DNA from: a virus
Lineage: Duplodnaviria > Heunggongvirae > Uroviricota > Caudoviricetes
Length of the DNA stretch: 64,000 nucleotides
IMG/VR virus record: IMGVR_UViG_3300021431_000002
Reading direction: 5' to 3' (one strand)
Positions 46,928 to 56,281 of the stretch are shown here, piece by piece. Positions within the stretch are counted from its first letter, which is position 1. Every line of letters begins with the position of its first letter. The translations under genes and the position numbers were made by a program. The notes under the pieces were generated by a model. The model made no database searches and was not told the origin of the DNA. It was given only the letters and a program-made list of their open reading frames with translations.

Positions 46928-47747
46928 TAAAAGAGACGGTCTTGGAGATAGAATGAAAAATAACTATGAGAACAGAGCCAAGACATATTTATTGAGAAGA
47001 ACACCAGTAATTATTAGGCTAGATGGTAAAGCATTCCACACATTTACAAGAGGTTTTGTGAAACCTTTTGATGCAAGACTTATGCGTGTAATGCAAGAAA
47101 CAACATTAGAGCTTTGCAGAAACATCCAAGGATGTGTATTCGGCTACACGCAATCTGACGAGATTACTCTTGTGTTAGTTGATTATAATGCACTTGATAC
47201 TGACGCATGGTTTGACTATGGTGTTGAAAAAATGTGCTCAGTGGCAGCATCTATGTGTACGTTATATTTTAATAGAATTTTCGCTAGAATTTGCGGAGAT
47301 TTTATTAAAGAACATGCTTCAAATGCAAAAGATAAAAAGAATCTTGGTGATGTAGCATGCCAAGTTGATAGGGTTCTGAAAGCATATATGAGGGGAATCA
47401 AAAATGGCGGGTTGTTCGATGCTAGAGTGTTCAACGTTCCAGAGGGAGAAGTCACAAATTGCGTACTTTGGAGACAGAATGACGCAACAAGAAACTCTGT
47501 ATCTTCATTAGCCCAAGCATATTTTTCACCAAAAGAATTGCATGGTAAAAACAGTAGCCAAATGCAAGATATGATGATGGAGAAATACAGTATCAATTGG
47601 AATAACTTGTCAATTCCAGAGAAGAGGGGTACTGCAATTATTAAGAATGGTGAAGGTGATTGGGTAATTGATGAGGAAATGCCAATACTAAGAGGTGAAG
47701 GTAGGGAATACCTAGAATCTAGAATACATTTTGAGGAAGAAGGTTAA
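46920..47747 (+). CDS. Thg1-like 3'-5' nucleotidyltransferase (tRNAHis guanylyltransferase family)
   Basis: IIRLDGKAFHTFT, YTQSDEI, FDAR, WRQNDATRNS. Confidence 0.92.
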   Translation: MGNKRDGLGDRMKNNYENRAKTYLLRRTPVIIRLDGKAFHTFTRGFVKPFDARLMRVMQETTLELCRNIQGCVFGYTQSDEITLVLVDYNALDTDAWFDYGVEKMCSVAASMCTLYFNRIFARICGDFIKEHASNAKDKKNLGDVACQVDRVLKAYMRGIKNGGLFDARVFNVPEGEVTNCVLWRQNDATRNSVSSLAQAYFSPKELHGKNSSQMQDMMMEKYSINWNNLSIPEKRGTAIIKNGEGDWVIDEEMPILRGEGREYLESRIHFEEEG

Positions 47748-47771
47748 ATAATATTAAAATTGGAGTAGTTA

Positions 47772-47803
47772 TTTGGCTATTCCAATTTTTTTTCGTATAT
47801 TTG
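47772..47803 (+). promoter_or_regulatory. Bacteroidota sigmaA-type promoter
   Basis: TTTG-N20-TATATTTG. Confidence 0.75.
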
Positions 47804-47828
47804 CATCAAACGATAAAACACTATATAT

Positions 47829-48299
47829 ATGGAAAAAACGATTAAGAACATAATTGAAGATAGCAAAAAAGGAAAAACCAATAAAGTATATGGGCTAATA
47901 AATAAGAAAAGTTTAATTAGGGAATATGAATGTCTAATTGTACCTATTAAACATATATTGGGTCATTTATTTCCTAGTGCTATTAGTAAAAATTATAAAA
48001 TTTTATTAACAAATACTAACAACGGCTACACTAAGATAATTGAAACTTGGCTTTCAGATGTAGAACTGAATGGAAATAGGTTTTCATCGGATGACATACA
48101 TTTTTGGAGGTATTATACAAACAAAAAAGATGCATTGGAAGAAGCAGTATCTACATATTGTTCCTTAAGCGAAGATGCTGAGTATTTGAGGGAAAATATA
48201 ATTAAATTCTCCGATGAAGAAACTAGGGAGTTCTTAAAGGAACATGATAGTAGAATTATAAACGACAGAAAAATTTTTAAAAATAGACAAATAAAATAA
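47829..48299 (+). CDS. Hypothetical protein
   Basis: 156-aa ORF after a promoter. Confidence 0.65.
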   Translation: MEKTIKNIIEDSKKGKTNKVYGLINKKSLIREYECLIVPIKHILGHLFPSAISKNYKILLTNTNNGYTKIIETWLSDVELNGNRFSSDDIHFWRYYTNKKDALEEAVSTYCSLSEDAEYLRENIIKFSDEETREFLKEHDSRIINDRKIFKNRQIK

Positions 48300-48301
48300 A
48301 T

Positions 48302-49579
48302 ATGAAAGATACTTTCCAAACAATTACTGACGATAAAAGACTACTTTACGAATATGTCAGGGGTTCACATTTATATGGACTAAATAATGAAGATTCGGAC
48401 GTAGATACAAGCGGACTTTATATTGCAACTAAAGAGGCGTTCATGGGGTTAGGTGCGGATTATCAAGACCAAATTTCTGATGAACGTCACGATACCACGT
48501 GGTATGAAATAGGCAATTTTGCTAACTTAATTCTCAAATCCAACCCAACGGTTTTAGAGGCATTGTTTGTTCCAGAGAATAAAATCATAACACCACCTAG
48601 TGAACTTATTATGCCTCTGTTTGAGAATAGAGACCAATTCATCACTAAAAAATGTTTTAAGCCATTCGTTCAATACGCTATTGAACAAATCCATAAAGCA
48701 AGAGGATTGAATAAAAAAATTGTTAACCCAGTAACGCAAAGACTCACTCCTTTTGATTTTGCGTATACCTTCTATAACCAAGGAAGCACTAAAATATCTA
48801 ATTGGCTGAATAATAGAGGTTTGGATAAAAATTTCTGTGGTCTAGTGCATATTCCGAATATGCATGATACATATGGTGTATATTATGATTGGGGTGCTCA
48901 TATCCACCATAATTTAATCAAATATGAGGACTTGGAGTTGGCCGCTTTTGGCGCAAATCCTTTTGGTTTGCTGTTTTTTGGATGGTTTGGTTATGGACGT
49001 GTGGATGAAGAGACGCAGAAATTCGCCAAGTTCATCAAAAACTTTTATGGCATCAATACAAAAAAAGAACTTAAAGAGTGGTATGATAAAAACCAAGAGG
49101 TAATCCATTATCGTGGAATGTGCCTTGATAATTCAACGGACATGAGAGGGTCTTCTGTGTCAAAGGGAGAAACGCCTATCTGTTGGATGGTATATAACGA
49201 GAGTGGTTTCAAAGACCATTGCAAAAAATATAAAGAATATAAAGACTGGGAAAAATTCCGTAATCCAAAACGCTACGAATCGAATCTAGACAAAAACTAT
49301 GATTCCAAAAACATGATGCATTGTGTAAGACTTATGCATATGGGTCAAGAAATCGCTGAAGGTAAAGGAATTAATCTTGAAAGAACTTGGGATAAAGAGT
49401 TTTTGATGAACATTCGCAACCATAAGTATGAGTATGACGAACTTATGGCTATTGTTGACGAAGACAAACTAAAACTCGATGAAGCCATCAAAAACTCTAC
49501 GATTAGAGAAAGCATTGATGTTGATTTGGTAAATAACTTGTTAATTGATATTAGAAAAAAAGCGTATGGGTTGCTTTAA
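48302..49579 (+). CDS. Pol-beta superfamily nucleotidyltransferase (YcgL/RlaP-like)
   Basis: GSHLYGLNNEDSDVD, KSNPTVLE, YDSKNMMHCVRL. Confidence 0.8.
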   Translation: MKDTFQTITDDKRLLYEYVRGSHLYGLNNEDSDVDTSGLYIATKEAFMGLGADYQDQISDERHDTTWYEIGNFANLILKSNPTVLEALFVPENKIITPPSELIMPLFENRDQFITKKCFKPFVQYAIEQIHKARGLNKKIVNPVTQRLTPFDFAYTFYNQGSTKISNWLNNRGLDKNFCGLVHIPNMHDTYGVYYDWGAHIHHNLIKYEDLELAAFGANPFGLLFFGWFGYGRVDEETQKFAKFIKNFYGINTKKELKEWYDKNQEVIHYRGMCLDNSTDMRGSSVSKGETPICWMVYNESGFKDHCKKYKEYKDWEKFRNPKRYESNLDKNYDSKNMMHCVRLMHMGQEIAEGKGINLERTWDKEFLMNIRNHKYEYDELMAIVDEDKLKLDEAIKNSTIRESIDVDLVNNLLIDIRKKAYGLL

Positions 49580-49621
49580 TAAATATGATGAGACTAGTTA
49601 ATGCTAAAAAACGTTAAAATA

Positions 49622-49653
49622 TTTGGTTTTATAACATTTTTTTTATATCTTTG
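49622..49653 (+). promoter_or_regulatory. Bacteroidota sigmaA-type promoter
   Basis: TTTG-N20-TATCTTTG. Confidence 0.75.
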
Positions 49654-49681
49654 CATTGAAAATTATTTTAAATTTTAGAAA

Positions 49682-50536
49682 ATGAATAGAGAACAGTTAC
49701 AAAGATTAGCAAGCGAGTGGACTCGCATGGCTAAAAATGACATTAGAAACAAGGTTATCTCTTTTATGAGAGAGGTTGATGCCAGCGAGAGAGAACTTGC
49801 TTACGTCCTAGCAATTTCTGACGGAGAGCTGAATCAAATTCTTGAGGGTAATGGAGAGATTTCACTCTCAACATTCGCCAAACTGCTTATTGCAACTGGA
49901 AACGCTTTAGAGATTAAACCTATTGACGAAACACCAATTGGTAATTACGAGAATCTTCCTAGCGAGGAGGAATTTGAGCGTCCATTGCCACGTCCAAACA
50001 TCTTTGAGCGTCCAAGACCTCAGATGAATCATCCTCAGTTCACAAGACCTAATTTTACTCGTCCAATTGGGGAAGAGCGAGAAAACGATTTTATTCCACC
50101 GATGCCAGAAAGTCTTCGTGAGGTATTTGAGAGAAGGTTTAACAAACCGAATCGGAATGTTGAAGAGCCTAACCATGAGGTAAGACAGCCACGTGATGAA
50201 CATGGTCGTTTTGCACCTCGTCAGCCAAGACAAGAGGAAGCACCTCGTCACGAGACCCCATCGTCTCCATTTGCTTCGATGGGAACTGATGAACTTGTAA
50301 AAATCATCAGAGAAAGACTTTGGGATTCTGAGATTAATCTTGCCACTGCAAGTAAAAACGATTTGGTTAAATTCCTTGACGAGAAGAACAAGAGAATGGC
50401 TGAGTTCAAGAGAATGAAGGCTCTTGAAAATGACCCAAAGGTGAATGAATTCATTGGTCGTATGAAGACCACTTTTAAAAACAATCCACATTTGCGTGAT
50501 TGGGTTAAAAAAATTCTCGGTGAGGACACTGAGTAA
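49682..50536 (+). CDS. XRE-like HTH protein with a Pro/Arg-rich disordered linker
   Basis: SERELAYVLAISDGELNQILEG...ISLSTFAKL helix-turn-helix. Confidence 0.7.
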   Translation: MNREQLQRLASEWTRMAKNDIRNKVISFMREVDASERELAYVLAISDGELNQILEGNGEISLSTFAKLLIATGNALEIKPIDETPIGNYENLPSEEEFERPLPRPNIFERPRPQMNHPQFTRPNFTRPIGEERENDFIPPMPESLREVFERRFNKPNRNVEEPNHEVRQPRDEHGRFAPRQPRQEEAPRHETPSSPFASMGTDELVKIIRERLWDSEINLATASKNDLVKFLDEKNKRMAEFKRMKALENDPKVNEFIGRMKTTFKNNPHLRDWVKKILGEDTE

Positions 50537-50555
50537 ATTAAAATCTATATAATTA

Positions 50556-50588
50556 ATAGGGGTGGTGTAAAAATACTACCCCTATTTT
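50556..50588 (+). terminator. Intrinsic terminator
   Basis: AATAGGGGTGGT...ACTACCCCTATT followed by a T-run. Confidence 0.75.
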
Positions 50589-50619
50589 TTTGTTTTTTAA
50601 CATTTTTTACATATATTTG
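50589..50619 (+). promoter_or_regulatory. Bacteroidota sigmaA-type promoter
   Basis: TTTG-N19-TATATTTG. Confidence 0.7.
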
Positions 50620-50634
50620 CAAAAAAATGTTAAA

Positions 50635-52419
50635 ATGCCAAGAAAAAAGAAAACAGAGAATAAACAGTATATTTGGTCAGAATACCAAAAAAAAATTTTC
50701 TCATTCATAGAACATGAGCAAGGTCACTTGGTTGTAGAAGCTTGTGCTGGTAGTGGAAAATCTACAACATTAATTAAATGCTTAGATTTTATACCATCAA
50801 ATGATAAAATTTTATTGACTGCGTTTAACACTGATATTGTAAACGAGTTAAAGAAAAAAACTAATGGTAAAGATAACATAGACATAAAAACATTGCATGG
50901 ATTGGGATTACAATTTATCAAAAGAAATTTGCCACAAGTTAGTGCAATTCCTGAACCATTTAAATATGATTCATACATAAAAAACAATCTGAAAGAACTG
51001 TCTTCTTTGAATACTTATACTTTGAAAGGTGGTAAATACTTTAGGTATATCGAAAACATTAAAAAATATGTTGATTTTGGTAGATTCTATTTGTGTCAAA
51101 CAGTTAAAGATTTAGATTTTATAGAAGATAGATATAATATTGATACAATTGCAGATGAGAAAGAGATTGCAATAAATGTCATGGAATGGGGCAAAAATGC
51201 CCTAGAAACGATTGATTATACCGACATGGTATGGTTGCCCAATGCATTGTTTTTAAAGCCTCTAGGACTCTTATATGACTTTATAATGATTGATGAGGTT
51301 CAAGACATGAACAAAGCCGAAAGAGAATTGGTTCTAAAATGTTTTAAAATGGGAACTAGAATGATGTCAGTTGGTGATGAAAAACAGTGCCTTTATTCAT
51401 TTGCTGGAGCAGATTCAGACTCGTTCAAGATACTTAAATCAATGCCCAATACGACTTGTTTGCCACTTAGTATCTCATATCGCTGTGGTAAAAAAATTGT
51501 GGATTTTGCACACAAAATAGTTAAAAATATTGAGGCAGCAGATGGCGCAATTGATGGTCAGATTTTACGAAATGTGTCTCTAGAAGATGTCCAAGATGGT
51601 GACATGATATTGTGCAGGAATAATGCACCATTAGTCCAGATATATAATGAATTTTTGAAATTAGGGAAAAAGTGTTTCATTAGAGGCAAAGAAATCGGTT
51701 CGAATCTTAAATTACTTGTCAAAAACACAAAACAAGATGAACTAAATGCCGATTGCCAAAAAGATGGCGTGTTTGTTAGACTTTATGACGATTTATTCAC
51801 ATCTAGAAATAAATTAATGGAGAAATTTGGCATTGATGCTGAAACAGCAATTAATTCTCCACAAATACAAAACAAACTAGATATGATAAATGCGCTTGAA
51901 ATTTTATCTGAAGGGATTAACACGTCAGAGGAAATTATAGCCAAGATTGATGAAATATTTCCCAAGAGAGATAAAAAAAGTGGAATTTCATTGTCAACAA
52001 TCCATAAGGCAAAAGGTCTTGAAGCAGAGAACGTATACATAGCTTGTGAGTCTTTAATGCCTAGCAAATCTGCGAAAAAAGACTGGGAAATTAAGCAAGA
52101 GTACAATCTAATGTATGTTGCATATACTAGAGCAAAAAAAACACTTGGTTTCATAGATGAGAAAGATTTTGAAAAATTTAATACATCAAACCCAAACAGT
52201 ATTGCGGTGCTTAATAGAATCGAAATACAAGTGAATAAAGTTTTGAATAAATCAACTAGGATTATTATTAATGAAACAAACGCTAGAGCGATAGTTAGTA
52301 ATGCGAAAAAAATAGATAAAAACATATTTACTAGTGCAACAATTAATATGAATTCGGTAGGAAGAAGAAAGATAAACTCTTTTTCTGAATTACTAAAAAC
52401 TAAAAAATCTAAAAAATAA
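50635..52419 (+). CDS. UvrD/Rep-family SF1 helicase
   Basis: ACAGSGKST, IDEVQD, VGDEKQ, SYRC, STIHKAKGLE, YVAYTRA. Start moved to MPRKK. Confidence 0.92.
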   Translation: MPRKKKTENKQYIWSEYQKKIFSFIEHEQGHLVVEACAGSGKSTTLIKCLDFIPSNDKILLTAFNTDIVNELKKKTNGKDNIDIKTLHGLGLQFIKRNLPQVSAIPEPFKYDSYIKNNLKELSSLNTYTLKGGKYFRYIENIKKYVDFGRFYLCQTVKDLDFIEDRYNIDTIADEKEIAINVMEWGKNALETIDYTDMVWLPNALFLKPLGLLYDFIMIDEVQDMNKAERELVLKCFKMGTRMMSVGDEKQCLYSFAGADSDSFKILKSMPNTTCLPLSISYRCGKKIVDFAHKIVKNIEAADGAIDGQILRNVSLEDVQDGDMILCRNNAPLVQIYNEFLKLGKKCFIRGKEIGSNLKLLVKNTKQDELNADCQKDGVFVRLYDDLFTSRNKLMEKFGIDAETAINSPQIQNKLDMINALEILSEGINTSEEIIAKIDEIFPKRDKKSGISLSTIHKAKGLEAENVYIACESLMPSKSAKKDWEIKQEYNLMYVAYTRAKKTLGFIDEKDFEKFNTSNPNSIAVLNRIEIQVNKVLNKSTRIIINETNARAIVSNAKKIDKNIFTSATINMNSVGRRKINSFSELLKTKKSKK

Positions 52420-52422
52420 ATC

Positions 52423-52725
52423 ATGAACACAAACAAAGTAAAAAAAATAATCAAAATGAGCACCACTTGGTGTGGTCCTTGTAGGGCATATGCGCCAACA
52501 TTCCATAAAGTTAAAGATATGGATGAGTTTAAAGATATTGAATTTAAAGAAATTGATATTGAAAATGATGAAAATGGTGATGTACTAGCAGAAAAATATC
52601 AGATTAGGTCAGTACCAACAACGATTCTATTAGATGAAAACGATGAACTTATATACAAAGTAATGGGTAACATTCCATTAAATGAGTTAACAAATATAAT
52701 AAATGAGGCGTTAAAAGATAGATAA
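52423..52725 (+). CDS. Thioredoxin
   Basis: WCGPC active site and SVPT. Confidence 0.9.
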   Translation: MNTNKVKKIIKMSTTWCGPCRAYAPTFHKVKDMDEFKDIEFKEIDIENDENGDVLAEKYQIRSVPTTILLDENDELIYKVMGNIPLNELTNIINEALKDR

Positions 52726-52726
52726 T

Positions 52727-53590
52727 ATGATAATTGGTTTCGCTGGAAGATGTAGGAGTGGAAAAACTGTTTTATCTGAAGTGTGCGAGAAATATGGGTA
52801 TCAACGTTTATCTTTTGCTCTTCCACTAAAACAACTTTGTGCTGATATACTAGATATTTCAATTGATGAATTAAATCGAGCAAAAAATGAAAACATACCA
52901 ATAGAAATTACAATTGGTAAAGACGTTTGTGAAATTTTATCTGAAGAAACAAACATACCAATTGAAACAACAACTGAGATATGTGATGGAAAATATCTGC
53001 ACACCGTGAGAGATATGCTACAATTCATAGGAACTGATTATATACGAAAATATAATTCTGATTGGCATGTCAATAGAATCAGAGAAATGATTGAAGACAA
53101 TGTGAACTACGTGATAGATGATGTCAGGTTCCCAAATGAAAAACGGATGATTGAAGAACTAGGCGGGGATTGCTGGTTCGTAACACGAACAACTTTAGAT
53201 AATGTATCTAATCACGAGTCAGAAACTTCGATAACTTGGAAAGATTGTATGAATAAAGTAATAATCAATGATTCAACATTAAATGAGTTACTTTTCAAAT
53301 GGGAAATATTCATGGATAACTATACACGCTCTTGCGTGATTAGGGATGAAGAATTTAATAAAATATTGGAGAATGGACTTAATGAAAACATATCTTCTTT
53401 ATCTGTCTTGAGCGTATTAATGCTATCTCCGTCATTGTTTGATTACTGCCCAAAAGACATTGAGAAAAACAGCGTAGATTCAATTACTATGAATGAAGAT
53501 AAAAGTGTGTTTATAAAATATATTGATGGGAGCATTGAAATGGTAGACCATCCACTTATAATTGAAGATTTAAAAATATATGTCAGCTAA
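52727..53590 (+). CDS. Deoxynucleoside monophosphate kinase (T4 gp1-like)
   Basis: IIGFAGRCRSGKT, SFALPLK, RDMLQFIGTD, DDVRFPNE, HESE. Confidence 0.85.
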   Translation: MIIGFAGRCRSGKTVLSEVCEKYGYQRLSFALPLKQLCADILDISIDELNRAKNENIPIEITIGKDVCEILSEETNIPIETTTEICDGKYLHTVRDMLQFIGTDYIRKYNSDWHVNRIREMIEDNVNYVIDDVRFPNEKRMIEELGGDCWFVTRTTLDNVSNHESETSITWKDCMNKVIINDSTLNELLFKWEIFMDNYTRSCVIRDEEFNKILENGLNENISSLSVLSVLMLSPSLFDYCPKDIEKNSVDSITMNEDKSVFIKYIDGSIEMVDHPLIIEDLKIYVS

Positions 53591-54200
53591 AGTAGATGTA
53601 AAATATAAAGATGGCTCTAAAATATTCTTTGTGAGTGATACCCACTTTGGTCATGGAAACATAATCAAATTCTGTGACCGTCCTTTCAAAAATGTGGAGG
53701 AAATGGATAAAGCACTAATCGAAAATTGGAACAATAAAGTTCCTACTGATGGGTTAGTATTCCACCTTGGAGATTTTGGATGGGGTGGGTATCAAGAATA
53801 CAAAAAAATAAGAGAGCAATTGAACGGTAAAATCATACTGATTAAAGGGAATCATGATTTTAAAAATGGTTGTCAGTCGGAAGCACAATATAATGAACTG
53901 TTTGAGTTCACAACCCAGCAACTGTTAATAGAAATTGAAGGTAGAAAAATCTACCTTAATCATGTGCCTTTTCTTTGTTATGGTGGAACATACCGTGACC
54001 CCAAAGGTTTAGTATATCAACTTTTCGGCCACGTACACTCTGGTCCTGGAAAAAAAGGAGAAGACTTAGTTAGATTAAAATATCTATTCCCGACACAGTA
54101 TGATGTAGGGGTCGATAACAATGATTATACTCCAATTTCTTGGCATGAAGTAGAAGAGAAAATAGGCAAGCAACTATTGAAAAGTAAGTATAGTAAATGA
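53580..54200 (+). CDS. Calcineurin-like metallophosphoesterase
   Basis: SDTHFGH, HLGD, GNHD, GHVH. Confidence 0.88.
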   Translation: MSAKVDVKYKDGSKIFFVSDTHFGHGNIIKFCDRPFKNVEEMDKALIENWNNKVPTDGLVFHLGDFGWGGYQEYKKIREQLNGKIILIKGNHDFKNGCQSEAQYNELFEFTTQQLLIEIEGRKIYLNHVPFLCYGGTYRDPKGLVYQLFGHVHSGPGKKGEDLVRLKYLFPTQYDVGVDNNDYTPISWHEVEEKIGKQLLKSKYSK

Positions 54201-54607
54201 AAAAAATTCACGCAAAAAGAGTTAGAAGACAAACCATATGCCTAGAGTTTGTAAAATTCCTTAAAATGATGAACATATATGGAAGTTATAGGTATTTTTT
54301 TGCTAAAAACATAGATAAAGAGTTTCCACAAATTGATAAATTCTATTATTTTTGGGGAAATCTAGTTTATTTGATGAAAACACGCAAAGATAGAAACTGT
54401 AAACGTTCCATTTTAAGAGAATTTTATTATGAATTACTACATTATAATAAATTGTATAAAGAGACAATTGATGTTGTTTTTTTCAGATGGGTGGAAATAT
54501 ATGATAATGGAAAAGACTATAACATATCAAAAATAAAACTATACAAAGAACTCTTCTGGCTCTATTTGTGTGATAAAGGTTATGATATGTCAATTTTAAT
54601 AAATTAA
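54197..54607 (+). CDS. Hypothetical protein (FxxFLK family)
   Basis: EFVKFLKMMNIYGSY motif shared with the 54610, 58457 and 60816 genes. Confidence 0.6.
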   Translation: MKKIHAKRVRRQTICLEFVKFLKMMNIYGSYRYFFAKNIDKEFPQIDKFYYFWGNLVYLMKTRKDRNCKRSILREFYYELLHYNKLYKETIDVVFFRWVEIYDNGKDYNISKIKLYKELFWLYLCDKGYDMSILIN

Positions 54608-54609
54608 AA

Positions 54610-55122
54610 ATGGCAAGTATTGACTCACGTTTTGTACATTATGACATGCATTACCGCAGAATGATTGGAAACTATGATATAGCTCCACTTGAAGCTTTTG
54701 AAGTGTTTATGAAGTTCTTGAGAGAATTTAAATTTATTGGAACTTTTCACTACTATTTGAATCAAAAATATGGAAGTTTCTCACAATATTATAAAAAATA
54801 TTTTTTGAAAAGAATCGTCCATTACCAATCATATTCTGACAATAGTCACAGATGTTTTCGTGGAAAATGTGTATACAACTGGTTTGAAGATACCTTTCTT
54901 CTGTTCCCTTTCGCATATAATGATAAAGGCGTTTTTATACCATACTGTATATCTTATGCTAGGATTATGTACTTAAAAGAATTTTGGTATCTTTATTGCC
55001 AAGAAAATAAAATAACTGATTCAATAATTTTAGTAGATAAGAAGGAAAACGATGAAAAATATATTGGTAATACCAGATGTTCATGGGAGGTCATTTTGGA
55101 AGAATGCGGTTTCAGAATTTGA
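54610..55122 (+). CDS. Hypothetical protein (FxxFLK family)
   Basis: VFMKFLREFKFIGTF motif. Confidence 0.55.
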   Translation: MASIDSRFVHYDMHYRRMIGNYDIAPLEAFEVFMKFLREFKFIGTFHYYLNQKYGSFSQYYKKYFLKRIVHYQSYSDNSHRCFRGKCVYNWFEDTFLLFPFAYNDKGVFIPYCISYARIMYLKEFWYLYCQENKITDSIILVDKKENDEKYIGNTRCSWEVILEECGFRI

Positions 55123-55840
55123 AAATAAAGTAGCAAAAATTATATTCTTAGGCGATTACCTAGACCCATACGAATATGAGGGCATAACAAGGAAAGAGGC
55201 AATAAACAACTTTGAAGAAATAATTGCTTATAAAATAAACAATAAAGATAAAGTTGTTCTATTGCTAGGAAACCATGATATGCAATATTTCTCAAAAGAA
55301 TTTCATACTAGGTCAAGATATGACTCAAGCAATGCTTGGCATATTGCAAATGACTTCAAAACGCACAGAAGCCTATTTAAACTTGCGCATGAAGAAGACA
55401 TCAATGGAAAGAAATTCTTGTTTTCTCACTCTGGGCTTATGAATTCGTGGATTAAAAGGAATGAAAATGTCATAGGTGATATAACAGTCGCAAGCATAAA
55501 TCATTTGTTGGAAATCCCACTTGGAATTAGAATATTAACAGATGTTTCTAGTTATAGGTCTTGGTTTGGAGAAAAAAGTGGTAGCATCGTATGGTCAGAC
55601 GTTAGAGAGAAAATAGATATGAATACATCAGATGAGAATGATATAATCTCCAATACTGACGCTATTGTTGAAGGATATGATTATCAAATATTTGGGCATA
55701 CACAGCAAAACGAAAAGCCAATTATAACAGATAACTGGGCTTGTTTAGATTGTAGAAAAGCTTTTATTCTTGACGATGATGGCGTTCTAAGAGAGATAGA
55801 TAAGGAAATACAAAATTCTCACATTGATAAAACGGAATAA
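55052..55840 (+). CDS. Calcineurin-like metallophosphoesterase
   Basis: PDVHG, GDYLD, GNHD, SHSG, GHT. Confidence 0.88.
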   Translation: MKNILVIPDVHGRSFWKNAVSEFENKVAKIIFLGDYLDPYEYEGITRKEAINNFEEIIAYKINNKDKVVLLLGNHDMQYFSKEFHTRSRYDSSNAWHIANDFKTHRSLFKLAHEEDINGKKFLFSHSGLMNSWIKRNENVIGDITVASINHLLEIPLGIRILTDVSSYRSWFGEKSGSIVWSDVREKIDMNTSDENDIISNTDAIVEGYDYQIFGHTQQNEKPIITDNWACLDCRKAFILDDDGVLREIDKEIQNSHIDKTE

Positions 55841-55842
55841 TT

Positions 55843-56064
55843 ATGCTAGGAATTGATGACGATGAACCTATCATCATTGAAGGTGAATATGCGCTTGCAA
55901 TGATGGAAGAATTAAAAAATGCACATGGTCTTAATGAAAAACAAGAAAAATTCTATCGAGAATTGAAAAAAGATATAAGGAATAAAATTAAATGTAACTT
56001 AACCTTTATAAAAGTACACAAAAATGAAGATGTCAAAGCCAACAAAGAGCACAGAACAATATAA
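55843..56064 (+). CDS. Small hypothetical protein
   Basis: 73-aa ORF in the operon. Confidence 0.55.
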   Translation: MLGIDDDEPIIIEGEYALAMMEELKNAHGLNEKQEKFYRELKKDIRNKIKCNLTFIKVHKNEDVKANKEHRTI

Positions 56065-56281
56065 AATTCTGAGAATGCTTAGTAGAAATGACCAGTTTGA
56101 AAGAAACGGTGGCGGTCAGTTTGTTTCAATGAACCGTGTCTATAAAGACAAAAGTAAATATAACAGAAATGACAAAAAGAAAGAGTTGAGAAACAATCTC
56201 AACTCTTATTTTTTTAATTTTTTGACCACTTCTTTGCATTTTGAGCAAATATGGCCCTTTTCCTTGTTAGTGGATTTTTAG
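56024..56281 (+). CDS. Small basic ArfA-like (ribosome-rescue-type) protein, with a terminator inside the frame
   Basis: RMLSR..QFERNG...RVYKDKSKYNR resembles the KxKxxYxR core of ArfA; the hairpin at 56181-56207 comes before any stop. Confidence 0.5.
   Translation: MKMSKPTKSTEQYKILRMLSRNDQFERNGGGQFVSMNRVYKDKSKYNRNDKKKELRNNLNSYFFNFLTTSLHFEQIWPFSLLVDF
56181..56207. terminator. Bidirectional intrinsic terminator
   Basis: AAGAGTTGAGA-AACAA-TCTCAACTCTT followed by ATTTTTTT. Confidence 0.85.

Noticed and set aside
51690-51712. tRNA T-loop-like GGTTCGAATC
   Set aside because: It lies inside the UvrD coding frame, with no cloverleaf around it.
56100-56125. GGQ motif implying a release factor or ArfB
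   Set aside because: The protein is far too short for a release-factor catalytic domain; kept only as a note in the ArfA-like finding.
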